A stretch of DNA of 64,000 bases from the human T2T-CHM13v2.0 reference genome, Homo sapiens, in NCBI RefSeq assembly GCF_009914755.1, contig NC_060931.1. One strand, 5' to 3'. This document shows positions 27,596 through 41,591 of the stretch, piece after piece; within the stretch, counting starts at the first letter, position 1, and each line of letters begins with the position of its first letter. Under the pieces are notes generated by a model, which saw only the letters and a list, made by a program, of their open reading frames with translations, did not search any database and was not told where the DNA came from. A program made the translations under genes and the position numbers.

Positions 27596-29204
27596 GTAAT
27601 ATATCTTCATTCCAATGTAAATTTTTCTCAACAATAGAACACTTAACTGTTCATTTTACAAATATAACTTAAGCTTTGTAAGCCAGAGCTGCTAAAAAAG
27701 CAATGAGAACCTAATTTGATGAAAGGGAACAGAAGTATTCAAATTTGACATATTGCCTTTACAAGTATTAATAAAAAAATCAAATAATACACAATTCCCC
27801 ACTCTTCAGTGATTGCAGGATAAGAAAGTAGTATTACTGCTTTTCATGCATGCTCCTTTTCTGTTTCCAATTACTGCTTAAATCAGTGGCAAAAAAGATT
27901 TCCCTTGAAATATGTTAGCAACTTCCTTCATTTTCTGCAAATAGAAATAACTATTTAGTTTAAAGGAAGGACCTGAAATAAATATCACTGATAGCACTTT
28001 AACATTAGTGCTAAAAATGAGATTTTAAAAGATAGGTTATTGCTATGACTCTATTATAATAAAAAATCTATATTTGGAACAACATAGACTATATTTGAGA
28101 AAATATAGACAAGGCCTTTTAAATGATCCCAATATTGTAAGATAGTAGATCATTCTGTAAGTTGCAAGGATCTCTGTCTTTGTGGGTGGAGAAAAAGGAA
28201 AGTGATGGTCTGACTGCAGTTATCTGGGAGAAATGACAATTACAGGTAGAGAGGGACCATTCCTGTGCCAAATAGGTTAATTTTTGGCAGAGAGACTCTC
28301 CTTGATCTAGTAAAATTAATGAGGCTTTTACTGAATTAAACCAACTTGGTGAGTTTTGCTAAAGCTTTGGAGGCTGTCAAAATCCTGCCAACAACAGACA
28401 CTGGAAGAGTTTGAAAGAAAGAATAAGCATCTCTTGAATAATCAGGAACTTTAAAGAATATTAAATATATAAGTGAATAGAATTAAGAAAATGAATGTAT
28501 ATTTTAATAATAAGGCAAATTTTCAGAGTTTCAAAGCATAAAATGCTTTTTAATTTTTTTCCTTAAGCTTTTTACTATAATATTGATTAAAGAAAAATAT
28601 AAAGACCAAAGGGGCAAAACAACCTAGCAATCAATGCCACAATTATTTAAAACCTAAGAGGTAAGAATTACCATTATTATATACAACCTAAGGGGTAGAA
28701 ACTGTATTTAGTGACCTGTGCCTCTGTGATCTGAGGTTTTTCTTTCCAAAATTTGTCTCTTGCTGAGGAAATGTGCCTGTAAGCCCATGCTCACAGATTG
28801 TTGTACAACTGCGGGGATGATTCTAAGTAAAACTGTGACTTCAGCCTTTGCCTTGAGCTCCCAATTCAGCTTCTCTTCCCACGTTCAGGTAACGTGCACT
28901 TCCCATTTCTCATGAATCCCTCCCTCCCACCACCCGCCTCGTTCACCAGGATCTGCTGGTCTGACATCTATGTTTCATAATTAATAGAGTACACTCATGT
29001 TGGTAAGAAACCAGAGGGAATAAGGCTCCAAAATTGCTCATTCCTTTCACAGCCTGTTATTTTCATCAACTGTTATCAATAGTTCCCAGATTGGCAGATT
29101 TTATAGCCCAGTAAAAATCCAACAACCACCACAAAATGAGATTGTGAAGGGGAAAGAGAGAGCAGTAAAATAGAGCTATCAGTTCAGGGTTGGGTTGATA
29201 AGAA

Positions 29205-29590
29205 GAGAACCTCCACACACATGCACTCAAACACACACTTACATCCACAGCCACCCACACTCACACCCACACAAACACCCCTCTACACACGCACAAACTC
29301 ATGCTCTCACGCACAGTCACCTACACTCATCCACGCTGATATCCACACTCACACATATCCACAGAAACACAGCCCGCACACCCACACACTCTCACTCATA
29401 TTTCCACCCACAGTCACCCACACCACCGATACTCATGCACACTCACAGCCACAGCCATAATCACAGACAAACACACCCCTCACACACTCAGATACACACA
29501 CACCTACAGCCAGCTACACTCACCCACACACACACTCAGGCACACCTGCACACACTCAAACACACACAAAACCCCACTCACGCACACTTG
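29205..29590. repeat. Degenerate CA-rich tract
   Basis: ~380 bp of interrupted CACA/CCCACA/CTCACA. Confidence 0.9.
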
Positions 29591-31783
29591 CTATGCGGCC
29601 CCAGTACATATAACCACAGCACAGAAATCAGTAGGCACGAGGGAGCCCCACAGAGCATGAGGGGATGCAAAGTATTTCAGTGTGGCTTTCCCTTCCCCTT
29701 GCTTCTCTAGAGAGCACGTGGCTGTTGGTGATCTCTTCCAAGCTGGTAGAAACCTGCCAGCATTGAGAAGAGGCTTGATTCTTGCTCACCACAAGCCTTC
29801 CGTGGCATTCCTTTCGGCATTCCAGAAGCAGTTGCATTGATCATCTACACATTTCCATTAAGGAGACATCTATATCACCTGCACTCATGTCCAGATTTTT
29901 GAACCAACTCAACCTAAGTAAAGTCCTATCCTTATGCTGAGGAGAGGAGAGAAAGCAAGAGGCGGTGCCTGAGTTCTCTGATACCTCTCTTAGCCTTCTC
30001 CAGGAAACCTGACTTTTTGCAAAGTAAGGGAATCAAAATGTAGTGAAATAAAACACTGCCACCTTTTTGCACCAATAGTATTAAAAATTAAAATTATTTT
30101 TTATCATTTATTATACTACTTATGATATAATTTTATTGTATATTAAAATAACATTACCATCAAAGTGTCATAATCTCAAAACAAAAGAAAGCCCTTTCAC
30201 ATCAGTTTCTGCAGGCCAGGGAAAGCCACATTATTGAATGAGATGTTCCCATATTACATCTGGGGCTCATTGAGCTACATCAAGGGTATTTGTCTGTTAG
30301 TAAACTGCTTAGCCGCCAGCTTTGATTTTCCATATATAACTAAGTTGCACTATGCTATCTTTCCCTTGCATTATTTTAAAGCACACAAGGTGGCGATAAG
30401 GAAGCATATAAATCCCAGGGGCTTTCATCTGACGTGAGAATTTATGAATTCAAAACAAAGCCCTTGTTTCTCAAAATTCAATTCACTTGTTTATTAAGTA
30501 AACAATTAACTATAAGTTGTTTTCCTTAATAAACAAAACTTACCACTATAACAAAATTAAGTCTACAGAGCAAAAACCAAAAGCACTATAATCCCCGAAA
30601 ACAAACATTTGTTTTTGCTACGTTTCTCCTAATCTTTATTCTCTATCTTGAATGGATTTTTTTAATGAGTGATTCACTCAAAATTTCGGCTTTGTGGCAT
30701 TGAAGCCAAATCATGACTTAACACCCTTTATTTAGTCCCTTGAGTCTGTCTGTGGCTTCTGCTTGTGTCTTCCAAAGTCCCCAGTTGTTCTTAGCCCACC
30801 TTTCCCAGTGCTTACCTGTGTGATGAGAACTGGTTGTTACTCCTCCCCTATTATCAGGTCTTCACAATGACACATCTGTAAGCTGTTTACATCTCTACCT
30901 TACAGAGTGAGTTGGAGAACAGACAGAGAAGAATCAATAGTTTATACAGTGGCCCTTCTCAAATGGCATTTGCACTCAAGGACCCTAAGGTATGTGAGCA
31001 GGGCCAATGGAGCAGATTTGGGATTTAAAGACACTTTTGCTTAAATTGCAGTAGGTAGCAGTTCTCAATTTTGAATTATGAAGATGATGAAGGAGAAGAC
31101 TAGTGTAGAGCTTGTGGGGAATGTAAGGGAAGGGAATAAAATGGAAATGTTACATTCAAGCAAGAATGCTTCCATCACCCTTGTGTTCTGTCATTGGGCT
31201 AAACTGGGCAGCCAGAGTGCTGTGGCTTTTGATGTGTGTCAGCTAGTCTAGTTCTTCTCAGTCCTCACTCAGAGAGATTTAAAAATGTTGATGATTCAGT
31301 TCCGCCCTCTTATAGTCTGAATTAATAGTTTTAGAATGGGGGTGTTTTTTGCTTATTTTACTTCCCCAGGTGATTTTACAGTGAAGTCAGGGCTGAGAGC
31401 CAAGGGACATAACCAGTGATATAACCAAAATATGAAGGAACATCACTTCAATCTTAGTACCTCTTCCTCAATCATGGTAAGAATTCTTGAGATGCAGTCT
31501 GTACCTGGATCAGAGGGAAAATAAGAAAATAAATCCAATTTTTTTCCATTGGCTTACATTGTTATTAAACTTTATGAATTTTAAATTCATGTATTTATAA
31601 CATGTATCAACACTGTTTTATCAGAGTTGCCAGATAACCTTAGGAAATCTATTTTTTCCCCTGGAGTTTATTTATAAAAGTAAAAATATATAAATTGGGA
31701 AGACATGTTAATTATGTAAAAGAGCTTATTGTTTATTCATTGTCGTAGAGCATTAGAACTAGAGCAGACCATAAAGATCATCT

Positions 31784-32564
31784 ATGTGTTTTTCAGACTG
31801 AAGCTGTGATCTTTTTGGGAAAAGCTGAGTGTTGCGAGAAGCTGAGGCAGGGCTTGCATGTCTGACATAATGTAAAAGAGTCTTGGAACATGTCTGGGGT
31901 CCAGGGTCTAAAACCGCTTGTGGCCTTTGACACACCAAGCTCTGTGCCAAAGGGTGGAAGTCTGGCCTGATGCACCATAATCTAAGCCCAGGGCGTAAAA
32001 CCCCTCGTGGTTCCGGAATGTGTCTAGACTTACTGGCTCCTTGCTTCTAGCCCTCCCAGGCTCCTAGATCGATTGTGTCTTAGAATTGGCCATATAAATG
32101 CTAAACCATCACAGCTGTAAATCATGTGCTTAATGCAATGCTCCTTTTCAACCCCACATTCTCACTACCTGTTTCTTTGTTTGAACACCAAGAAATAGTC
32201 TGGGCTTCCAGAGCTCAGGGCCTTCGCAGCCTCCATACTTGCGTTGGCCCCCCTGGACCCACTTTCTCTCTCATACTGACTTTTCTCATTCCTTTGACTC
32301 CGCCGGACTTTGTTGCCCCCATGACCTGGTGTTGGGTCTGATCACCCCAACAGATATAGTAGAGTGTTGTGAAATCAATTTAGAAAGCTGCAACTAGCAT
32401 TTTTATGCAAGAAATAATATGACAGAATAAAGTAGATTGAAAGATAAAATATCAGAGTCCATCACATGCAGTAAGTGTAAGTGTTTTGTGGATGTTTTGT
32501 GAAACTTCATTGTCATGACCTATGTCTTACAGTGGGTGGTCATCAAAATGTGTGAAAGCCACTA
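31784..32564 (+). mobile_element. hAT-Charlie non-autonomous element (host of LTR14B; itself inside a MIR)
   Basis: GTGTTTTTCAGACTG...GTGAAATCAATTTAG...AAAATATCAGAGTCCATCACATGCAGTAAG...TGAAAGCCACTA. Confidence 0.65.
31813..32352 (+). mobile_element. HERV-K14 (HML-1) solo LTR, LTR14B-like
   Basis: TTGGGAAAAGCTGAGTGTTG...GGGCTTGCATGTCTGACATAATGTAAAAGAGTC...GGTGTTGGGTCTGATCACCCCAACA; TSD GATCT/GATAT. Confidence 0.85.
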
Positions 32565-33108
32565 GTTTAAGCTGATTCTGCATCTTTACTGATGGAACAA
32601 ATGGATTCCAGAGAAGCTAAGGAAATTACTCACATTCGCACAGCAGCTTGAAAAACACTGGATTAAAACCAGACTTCTGACTATTCTTGTTTTTAGGTTT
32701 CCTTTTGGGGAGTATTACGTCGCATAAAACAGGAAACTCTTTGGAAAAGCAGGTAAGTAGGATGCCTTTGTAGTCGTGTAAAGCAAAAGACTTCAAGTTT
32801 GAGGAGGCTAAACTGGAGAAAAGATAGAATTCAAATTTGTAGATGAAATGAAGCATACTAGATTCTGCTACTTTTTATTTGAACTTTTTGTTTTAGCCCA
32901 GAAATTGTTTTGGGAAGATATATTAAATTAAAGTACAAGTTGGATTGAGACATAGAGACACTGAAGAAAGAACAGATGCGTGGCTACTGGAATGTAACTG
33001 ATAAATAATATCTAAGTTGTCAGTGACAATGACAATGGAAGGCAAAGAAACCCACAGGACCATTTAGATCTGTGGTAGACTGGACTTAGGAAGAGAATGA
33101 CTGGAGGT

Positions 33109-33561
33109 CAGTATTTCTCAAAGTAAATTTGGTCATTTACATCTTAATCACTTGAGATCTTTGTTAAAATTCATATTCTTAATCCCAGCACCTTGGGAGG
33201 CTGAGGCGGGCGGATCATGAGGTCAGGAGTTTGAGACCATCCTGGCCAACATGGTGAAACCCCGTCTCTACTAAAAATACAAAAATTAGCTGGGTGTATT
33301 GGCATGAACTGAAGTCCCAGCTACTTGGGAGGCTGAGGAAGGAGAATTGCTTGAACCTGGGAGGCAGAGATTGCAGTGAGATTGCGCCATTGCACTCCAG
33401 CCTGGTGACCGAGTGAGACTCTGTCTCAAAAAAAAAAAAAAAAAAAAAAGATATTCTTGGGTTCTCCTTTGGCTCTTCCAAAATGGGTGAGACCTAGGAT
33501 TTTGCGTTTTCACATATGCTGCCAGGTGATTCTTATGCTCTGTAAAGTCTGAGAAGCACTG
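33109..33561. mobile_element. MER5A/B interrupted by an Alu
   Basis: CAGTATTTCTCAAAGT...CCAGGTGATTCTTATGC...GTCTGAGAAGCACTG (TIRs). Confidence 0.8.
33180..33449 (+). mobile_element. AluSc-like, slightly 5'-truncated
   Basis: GACCATCCTGGCCAAC, CAGCCTGGTGAC; TSD ending ATATTCTT. Confidence 0.95.
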
Positions 33562-34699
33562 GATTCAGATATGAAAAAAAAATCAGGTATCAATTATAAT
33601 CAAAATATTTCTAACTTAATTTTGTTAGTCTGTCTGTAAGTGAGGCACAATTCCAAAAGATGATGGAAGTGATGGTATAGTATATTGGAAGAAGACCATA
33701 ATTGATCTGGTATATAGACTTTCTTACTACTTAGCAGGAGACAAAAATTGCCTTCTGCTCTGTGTCTAATTGCCTTTATTCATTTATTTAATCAATCCAT
33801 CACTCAACATTGAATGCTTCCTATATGCCTGGCACTCTGTTGAGCTCTGGGAATGAAAAGGTGAGCAGAGGATTATATTAGAAACATAATTCAATTTACT
33901 GTCATACCCAACATCTCTCCCAGTTTAACAGCTTCTCCTTTAGTTCTTGGAAAATACAGGCCCCTGTTCCCTTTGGCACACTCTCATTCCCAAGTCACAA
34001 CCAAATGGGTCAGGAATGTGCACCTGCCCTGACACCAGGCAATCAATTGACGAGATGCTCTCTCTTCAGAATTTGAAGATGGTGACATTATGGCTGTAGT
34101 CAGTAAATTGCTGAGTGTAAGTGTATGAGTTATGACTTTATATCCAAGTGATGGTCACAGCTTCTTCATGGCTAAGTCCTTCAGACCTTAGTTTACATGT
34201 CACTTTTTAAATAAGTCCTTAATGACCTCCTAGAATGGCTCATATTTCTCCCTTGTTTCCCTCATAACAATTGGAATAATTAATTGTGATAATTATTTAT
34301 TGCCAATTTTCTCCCACCAGAATATATTTCATGAAGGCTGGGTTACTTCTATGTTGTCTTAAAATAGCTCTATGCTTTGCAACATAAAAAATGTTTAATA
34401 AATGCATCATTACAAAATTTACTTGAATTCATTCCATATTTAATAATTTTAAATGGGCCCAAATAGGTCTTAGTTTTAAGATTTTCTTAAACAGTTGTGG
34501 AATGATCTAGTTTTCTAGTTTACTTTCTTCCAGCACCTACTATTGTGAAGAGCCAGAAACCAGATTACATCACCCTTGTCATTATACTTGAAATGTTTCT
34601 TATCTCCTGCTTGATTTGTTCAAAAAAATGAAGGATCCTTGAACCCCATGAATGCATTATGAAAGGCCTAAGGTTTCAAACACTTTCTAATAATTTGTT

Positions 34700-35545
34700 T
34701 CCCTTTCTTTATCTAAATAAATAGTTGCCTTTGATTTCATTGCTCATATTTTCCACATCTGTCAGCAAGTCCTGCCAACTCTTCTGTCAGTTCCTATCTT
34801 AAATGTATCCAGTTATCTCCACTTCCATCTGCACTACTCCAGCCCAGTTCAGGTCACCATCATCTCTCACCTGAACCACTGCAATAGCCTATTAACTGGC
34901 TTCTTTCCTGGAGCTCTTTTCCCCCAAAATGACAGAGTAATGTTTGGCAAATAGGAGTAAGATTTTGTCTCATCACCACTTAAGATTTCCCTGTGGTTTG
35001 CCGAAGGCACTTAGAATAAGCTCCAAGCTTCTTTCTCTGACCTACCCATTCTAGTCCTGCCTACTTTTCTGACCTTAAATTATTCCACTCTCCCAGTTGT
35101 TGACTTATCCTCCAGCCACACTAAATTGCTCTTCAGTCCCCAGACACACCAAGCTCATTTCTACCTCAGGCTTTTAGTAGCTTACTTTTTAGCTCAGCTC
35201 TTATTTCTGCCTGGAATGCCACTGGCTCTCCTTTCCACATGGCTGACTCCCTCTTGTCACACACTTTCAATGCCACCTTCTCAGAGAGGCTTTCCCTGAC
35301 TACCCAATCTAAAGAAACACCTGCTTACCAGTTTCTACATTATCCTACATTAACTCTCTTCCTGGCCTTATCACTGTGTTATTATTGTTGTTTTTTAAAT
35401 GTTTCTACTGTTTGTCTCACTTCACTAGAGAGTAAGCACCATGAAAGCAGGACATTGGCTCTCAAATTCACTTTGGTATTCCTGAAGCCTAGAATGCGCC
35501 TCTGGGGGTATGGTAGAACCTTGATAAATATTTGTAGGAAGAACA
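34700..35545 (+). mobile_element. L2 3' region
   Basis: CAGGTCACCATCATCTCTCACCTG, TCTGCCTGGAATGC, TTGATAAATATTTGTAGGAAGAA. Confidence 0.8.
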
Positions 35546-37869
35546 AACTGTTGCATCAAGATGTAAGAGCTCTAACCTGAAACACCTTCTCTGGCCACAA
35601 ATTGAAAATTTTACCAAAGTGCATTTATTTTAATCAAACGAAGAATCTCACAAAGGATAACAGTTTATTCTTTACCAATAAGTGTGTACAAGCTTGAGTC
35701 TTCTCTGCATCAACTGTACCAGGGAAGAAAAAGCACTTTCATTGTTACCTATGTCAGCAAGGGTAGGAACAGCTTCAGATAGAAGAACTCTGGAGTTTAG
35801 AGCTTGTCCTCCACTGATCTCCTTGGAGGGAAGGATGAATCACTTAACCTCAGGGCTCTCTTGCTCTGCCTTCGGATTAATCATATTGACCTTTCTGGCA
35901 GGGTTCGTAGAAGAGTTAACTAATCAATGTCTATAAAGCATTTGGATAATGAAGAAGGCTACAGAAATAATGATGATAATAATCTGTCTTTTGCTGATGC
36001 ATGGCATGAGCAAAGAAAAAAGGCCACAGAAATATATTTTTATGCTGTACAGACTTTTATGGTGATGTGCAAACATTGTGCAACCTTTACTTTGTACAGA
36101 CTGCCTTTTATTCTATGAGACCTAGACCCTCAAATTGTTGCTTTCTTAAAGGCAGCTATCCTAATATTATTTTCAAAAAAAAACAACAACACAATTGTGC
36201 CAGGTTGGAGCAATTTTCTACCTTTTACTTGCCTATAAGTGGCAAATTGTCACCTTTTTTATTACAGTGCTCTTTTGTGTCAGAGAAGACATAAAACATG
36301 AACTTCAAATAACTGTAGACTGAAACCATCCAGGTGGGTGTTTTGTTCAAATTTAGTTTGATGAAAATGGCTGGGAATGTTTGCTCTGTGTTTGTATTTC
36401 TACTGGAGAAGAGCCCATTCCCTAGGCGATTGCCTTCCCTCATACTCTATGGTTATGCTAAGGTTGCTGAATGGTTAATGAGAATATTAAGCATTTGCTG
36501 TTTCATGTAGGGCTGCCTCTAGGATAAACATGGGAGGAATGGATTTAGTGTGGTTTACCAACATTTTCCTGCACTTTAAGTATCCCTTCCTACTACTAGC
36601 TTTATATTCTTGTGTCTTAAACTCCATCAAAAGATTCCATTACATGTTTCACATCTGTACCCTTCCATAAAATGGTGCTTTAAGAAAATTGTGGGGATAA
36701 AGAAGCATTTAATTCAAAGGAATGCATTCCTAATGGAGCATCTATGAAGGGGTTAGCATTTTCGGCAGAGAACTTTCTGGTGTCCTGTACGTTATGTCAT
36801 ATAATATTGCCTTACATTACCAATATTGTTATGGTTTAAAGCTTGCCCTATTTCAAGTTCAATAATTGGGTCAAGGTTGAATTCAAGACAGTATTTTTCA
36901 TTTTTGATAATGCCATTTCCACATCCCCTAGAAAGTTACTCCATCAGAACCAGGAAAGAATGCTCTATCATGACAGTACTTGCTGGCTAGATTGCCTTCC
37001 CACTCTGTTTTTAAGACAGGTATAAATTAATAAAGTGTTACTGTTGAACAGAAGATAGCTTTAATACAGGGAATTTCAAGAGAGTAAAGAGAGTAAAGAG
37101 AGTAAGACCCAAAATGGTATGAAGCAAAAAGAAAAAAAAATCAAATTTCTAATATTCCCAATTTGAAAGACACTAGTAAACTTGAAACTCTTGCTAGCTT
37201 CAAAGAAGCTATAACAAAGAAACAATTTTCTCTGTCATGTTTTGTGTACTCTAAAACATCCAGAAAGTCATGTAACTTTGTGCCTGTATTCAAAATGCTG
37301 AGAAAATAAAGTTTTGCATGTGTGATACTGTCAAACTGGTCAGAATATCATTGTGTTATTGAAATTCTAAGGAGCTATTCCTCAGAAAGGACTAAAATAT
37401 GCTTTTTAATGAATCAAAAGCATCAGAGAAGTACTCTTTCGCAGCTGCTTGATATCTGTGAACATCCGGTGTCCAGGTTCCCTTTCACAATTAGAAGTGC
37501 AAAAGGAAAACTCAGCCTTCCCAAATTGCAGGGAATGTTTCATATAACAGTAAAGGGCTGCTCCCATATATCCTCAGTCGACAGACAATAAAAGAGAAAA
37601 TTGGTGTACTAAAAAATGATCGTAGGGCTTTGGAGATGGGAACGGTAGTGGTAGATTTGTTAAACAGTTATTTTGGCTCTAATCTTTCTAGAGGACAAAG
37701 AGGATGGAGAGCTTTTTTTTCTTCTTCTCAACCTCCATGTTGTGAAAATTATATTTATCAAAAACAAAACAAAACACAGAAACAAGTCCTGTATTAAATA
37801 ACGTAGACTTTCATGTAAGAAAAATAGGAAGGCAGTCAGCATCGTGAAATCAGGATTTGGTCGCTTCTT

Positions 37870-38250
37870 TCTGTTCTGGGGCCTTTGCCCTTGCTATTCT
37901 TCCCACACCCTCTTCAGGCGCCCACATAGCTCCTTCCTTTTCTGCCTTCTGATCTTATTCAAATGTCCCTTCCCAGAGAAGTCATCTGTAGAAAATAGCA
38001 CCTGAAAAACCAGGACGCCTCCATCTCCATATCACCTTTTCCTCTTATTCAACTTTCTATTTCTTTGTAGCATTTATTACTTCCAGGTTTATTACAAACT
38101 TGGTTTACTGTCTGACCCTTATATTAGCATTTAAGCTTCATAATGGCAAGCACTTTGTCTTTTTTTCTGACCGTTATATTCCTAGAGCCCACAACAGTAT
38201 CCGTGCAGTGTAGGGGCTTATGAAATATCTGTGGAAGGGAATGGATGAGT
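37870..38250 (+). mobile_element. L2 3' end
   Basis: GGGCCTTTGCCCTTGCTATTC...AAATATCTGTGGAAGGGAATGGATG. Confidence 0.75.
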
Positions 38251-39609
38251 TGCTAAAAAATTATTGCCATTATGTAATATCAATTTCTCCGTTGTTTACT
38301 AGATTTAGTTTCCACTCTTCCTTGAGACTCAGGGCATAAATTCATCTTCTAAGCAATTTTTTTCCAGCATGATTTTTTGTTTATTTCTAATATTTATTCT
38401 GCAGTTAGCCAAACTGGATTACTATATTTGTTGTTTACAAATACACCCTATAATATAATTGGAAAAATACTGGTTTTTGGTTTAGACCAATTTCTAGTCT
38501 AGTTGTGCCTTAGTTGAGCCTTGCCTCTTCTATGTACAACACATCAAGGCATAGTTATCTAATGATGCATAAAGAAGTAGTGGTCTTTGTGAATTAATGA
38601 CTTTCCACTATGTGTTTCAGTTGAAATTCACAAGTATGGTGCACTTCCTATAGCATAGCGGGAAGGTCTGTGGCCTCCAAAGATGCTGCTACAGATAACC
38701 TGTAATTTGGGAGTGGAACAGATGAGGGAGTCTCTCTTTTCCGCTATTATGCTCAGCTGTGCTGGCTCCATGTCACAGTAGACCTGATTCTATAGGTCTT
38801 CTTGGCACCACTTCTTAAAAAGTATAGATTTGTCATTTACCTGTGGGCCCCTGGAGGTCCAGGTCAAAAGAGGCTGTTAGGATAGTTGTCTTATTCACCT
38901 GGAGCCAACAATAGTCTTCAAATGTTAGGAGTGTGCCCTGCTATTCTCGTATCCTAAGAAATGGTCATCATTCTTCCCATTTGCCTGTAAGCCCAGTGGT
39001 TCAAAGCACCATTTTGAGGCTAGAGCCTCTACCCCCACTGTAGCCACCAGCCTAATGGTGCTGCTATAGTTTTTAGCCTGTTTTCACATATCCAAGAGTA
39101 GCTCACCCTCAATGAAAGAACCAAACCCAAAAGAATCTTTTCCAGCCCCAGCATTCTCAAGGCCTGCTTGAAATTTGCCTCAGCATGATTGACAGCAGGA
39201 ATAGTCACTGGCTTTGTCAAGCATTCCCCTGGCCCCACATCTCATTAAAGGCAGTGCAAAACAATAGACTCCAGGATCTCCAGATTTTTCCATGATGTTG
39301 TGGTTCACATTGGACCACACACAGTCCTATTATGATAAATAAAACCATGGATTCTGGAGAAAGAGTTGGTCTTGTTAGAAAGATGACTTTGGTCTGGAAA
39401 CCTTGAATATAAAGATCCCTTATTCTGCTCACTCTTCCTGGGAGATCTCACCTGGTAAATGATTCCATCTTCCACCTCCATCTGAACTGTGTTTTCATTG
39501 CTGGCTGTTCAGAATTACCAGGAAAAAAGCCTAGGTAACAGCATTATCTAATGCTCCGATGATTCTGAAGAACAATTATGGTTGAGAAACACTATCCACC
39601 TTGAGGATT

Positions 39610-40740
39610 ATTCCAAAATTTCTTTCTCTGGGCCATATTTCTCCACTGGGCTTTAGCACCCACTTTAAATTGACTGGGTGTCTCCAATTGGATACAGACA
39701 ACAACAATGAATAATATGATTAGAGAACATTTACACATCAGGCCATGTCTCGTGAGCCTTTCCTACATATACTACTCACAGTATTCCTAGGGGACAGGAA
39801 CTATTATAATCACCCCATTTTACAGAAACACTGCTCTCTTAACCACTGTTCTATGCTGTCCCTTGTTTCCAGAAGTTATCAAGGCCTAACTGAACTCAGC
39901 ACACTGAGATATCATCAAGGTTTCCTTTTTTCTCTTGCCCTCTGCTGAATTTACTCCTCTTCTCATATCCTTTACTCTGGTGAATGGCACCAGGGTCCAC
40001 GCAGTTGACCAAGTCATACTCTTGGGAGATATAAGTGGCTCTTCCATTCCCTCACTGTTTTCATAACCAGTTTGAGATCTCATATAGTTCATTTCCACGG
40101 TATCTCTTAATATGTTCTTTTTCCTTTCCTATTGCCATTGCTGTAATTTAGGCTGCTTTTTCCAGAGTCTCTGTAGCATCCTACAGTCTCCTTCAATTCA
40201 ATCTATACATTGTTGTCGAGAAGTTATTTCCAAAGTCCCAATCAATCCTATTACTTCACTACTTAATGCCTTTTAGCTAATTCTCCTAGACTTCCTGATA
40301 AAAATCAAACTCTTCAATATTGTGCAAAATTTGTCTGGATCCACTGCTCCAGTCTTTTACCATGCCTCTTCTATAACTCTATTCTGACCTTCTACCACCC
40401 TCATGTACTCTAACCTTTACCTATTAAATTGCTTAAGACCTTGAGCATTATTTTCTAGCATACTTCAATAACTTTGCTCATGCTGCTCACTTCTTCATCC
40501 TATTGCCCATGTAACAGAAGTACTTGAAGGTGCTGCCTGTTCTTCTGCCTTAGGTAGATGTACTTTCTATGTACTCTCCCAGGATTTTATGCATAGTCCT
40601 GCAGAAAATAGATCTATTACACTATATCGATAGGCTGTGTTAGACAGCTTTTTGAAGACGGAGACACTTCAGTGGTCCTATGCTTAGAAAGTGGGTCAGG
40701 CCAGTACCACACACTTAATAAATGTTGGGTTGAACAAACA
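39610..40740 (+). mobile_element. L2 fragments with embedded MIR (~39710-39860)
   Basis: GGTGAATGGCACC...CCAAGTC, CTTTGCTCATGCTG, CTTAATAAATGTTGGGTTGAA. Confidence 0.65.
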
Positions 40741-41350
40741 TATGTGTTAGGAATCTGCTATATGCCAAGCCTTCTCACAAGGCCTGTTAAGAGAATGTAA
40801 TATCAGGTGATCTAAGAGGTTGCTTTCAGAGTGATCACAGTGTAAGTGATCAGTTCCTTAAAAGAAGTGTGAATAAATTACCAGCAAACTTACTGAGTAT
40901 AGCCTTATTTAGTGGTAATCTAAATAATTATTGATGGTCAATAATATTTAACTGAAATTAGGTATCTATTTTGAAATTCTCTGCAGAGATATTTCTGAGT
41001 TAAATTTATGCCTGAGTTTAGTCAAACCTTGCAGTTTATTAACTTGGTATTATTATATTTCATAAGATAGGCAATGCTGAATCAATAGTGAGCTTGTCTC
41101 ACTATTCTTAAGCTCTCATACAGACAGAAAAATAAGTCATCTGTGTTTTTCTGTGTAAAGCAAGGAGCCACCAACCATTTGGTGGCAGTTACAGAAATTA
41201 CAAGAGTGACATTTAGGAGATGGTAATGAGTCTCTGAGTAGAAATAACAAGAGAGTTTGGGTGATTTTACAAGCTATCAGTAAGGAACTGAATGATTTTA
41301 ATCTGGCTCTTTTAAAATTTATTTGATAGAGATGAAATACATCTAAAGTG

Positions 41351-41591
<241 letters not shown>

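Noticed and set aside
29195-29710. 171-aa His/Thr-rich ORF
   Set aside because: Translation of CA-rich low-complexity DNA
38586-38633. Hairpin TTGTGAATT...AATTCACAA as a pre-miRNA
   Set aside because: Only a 9-bp stem, with poor inner pairing
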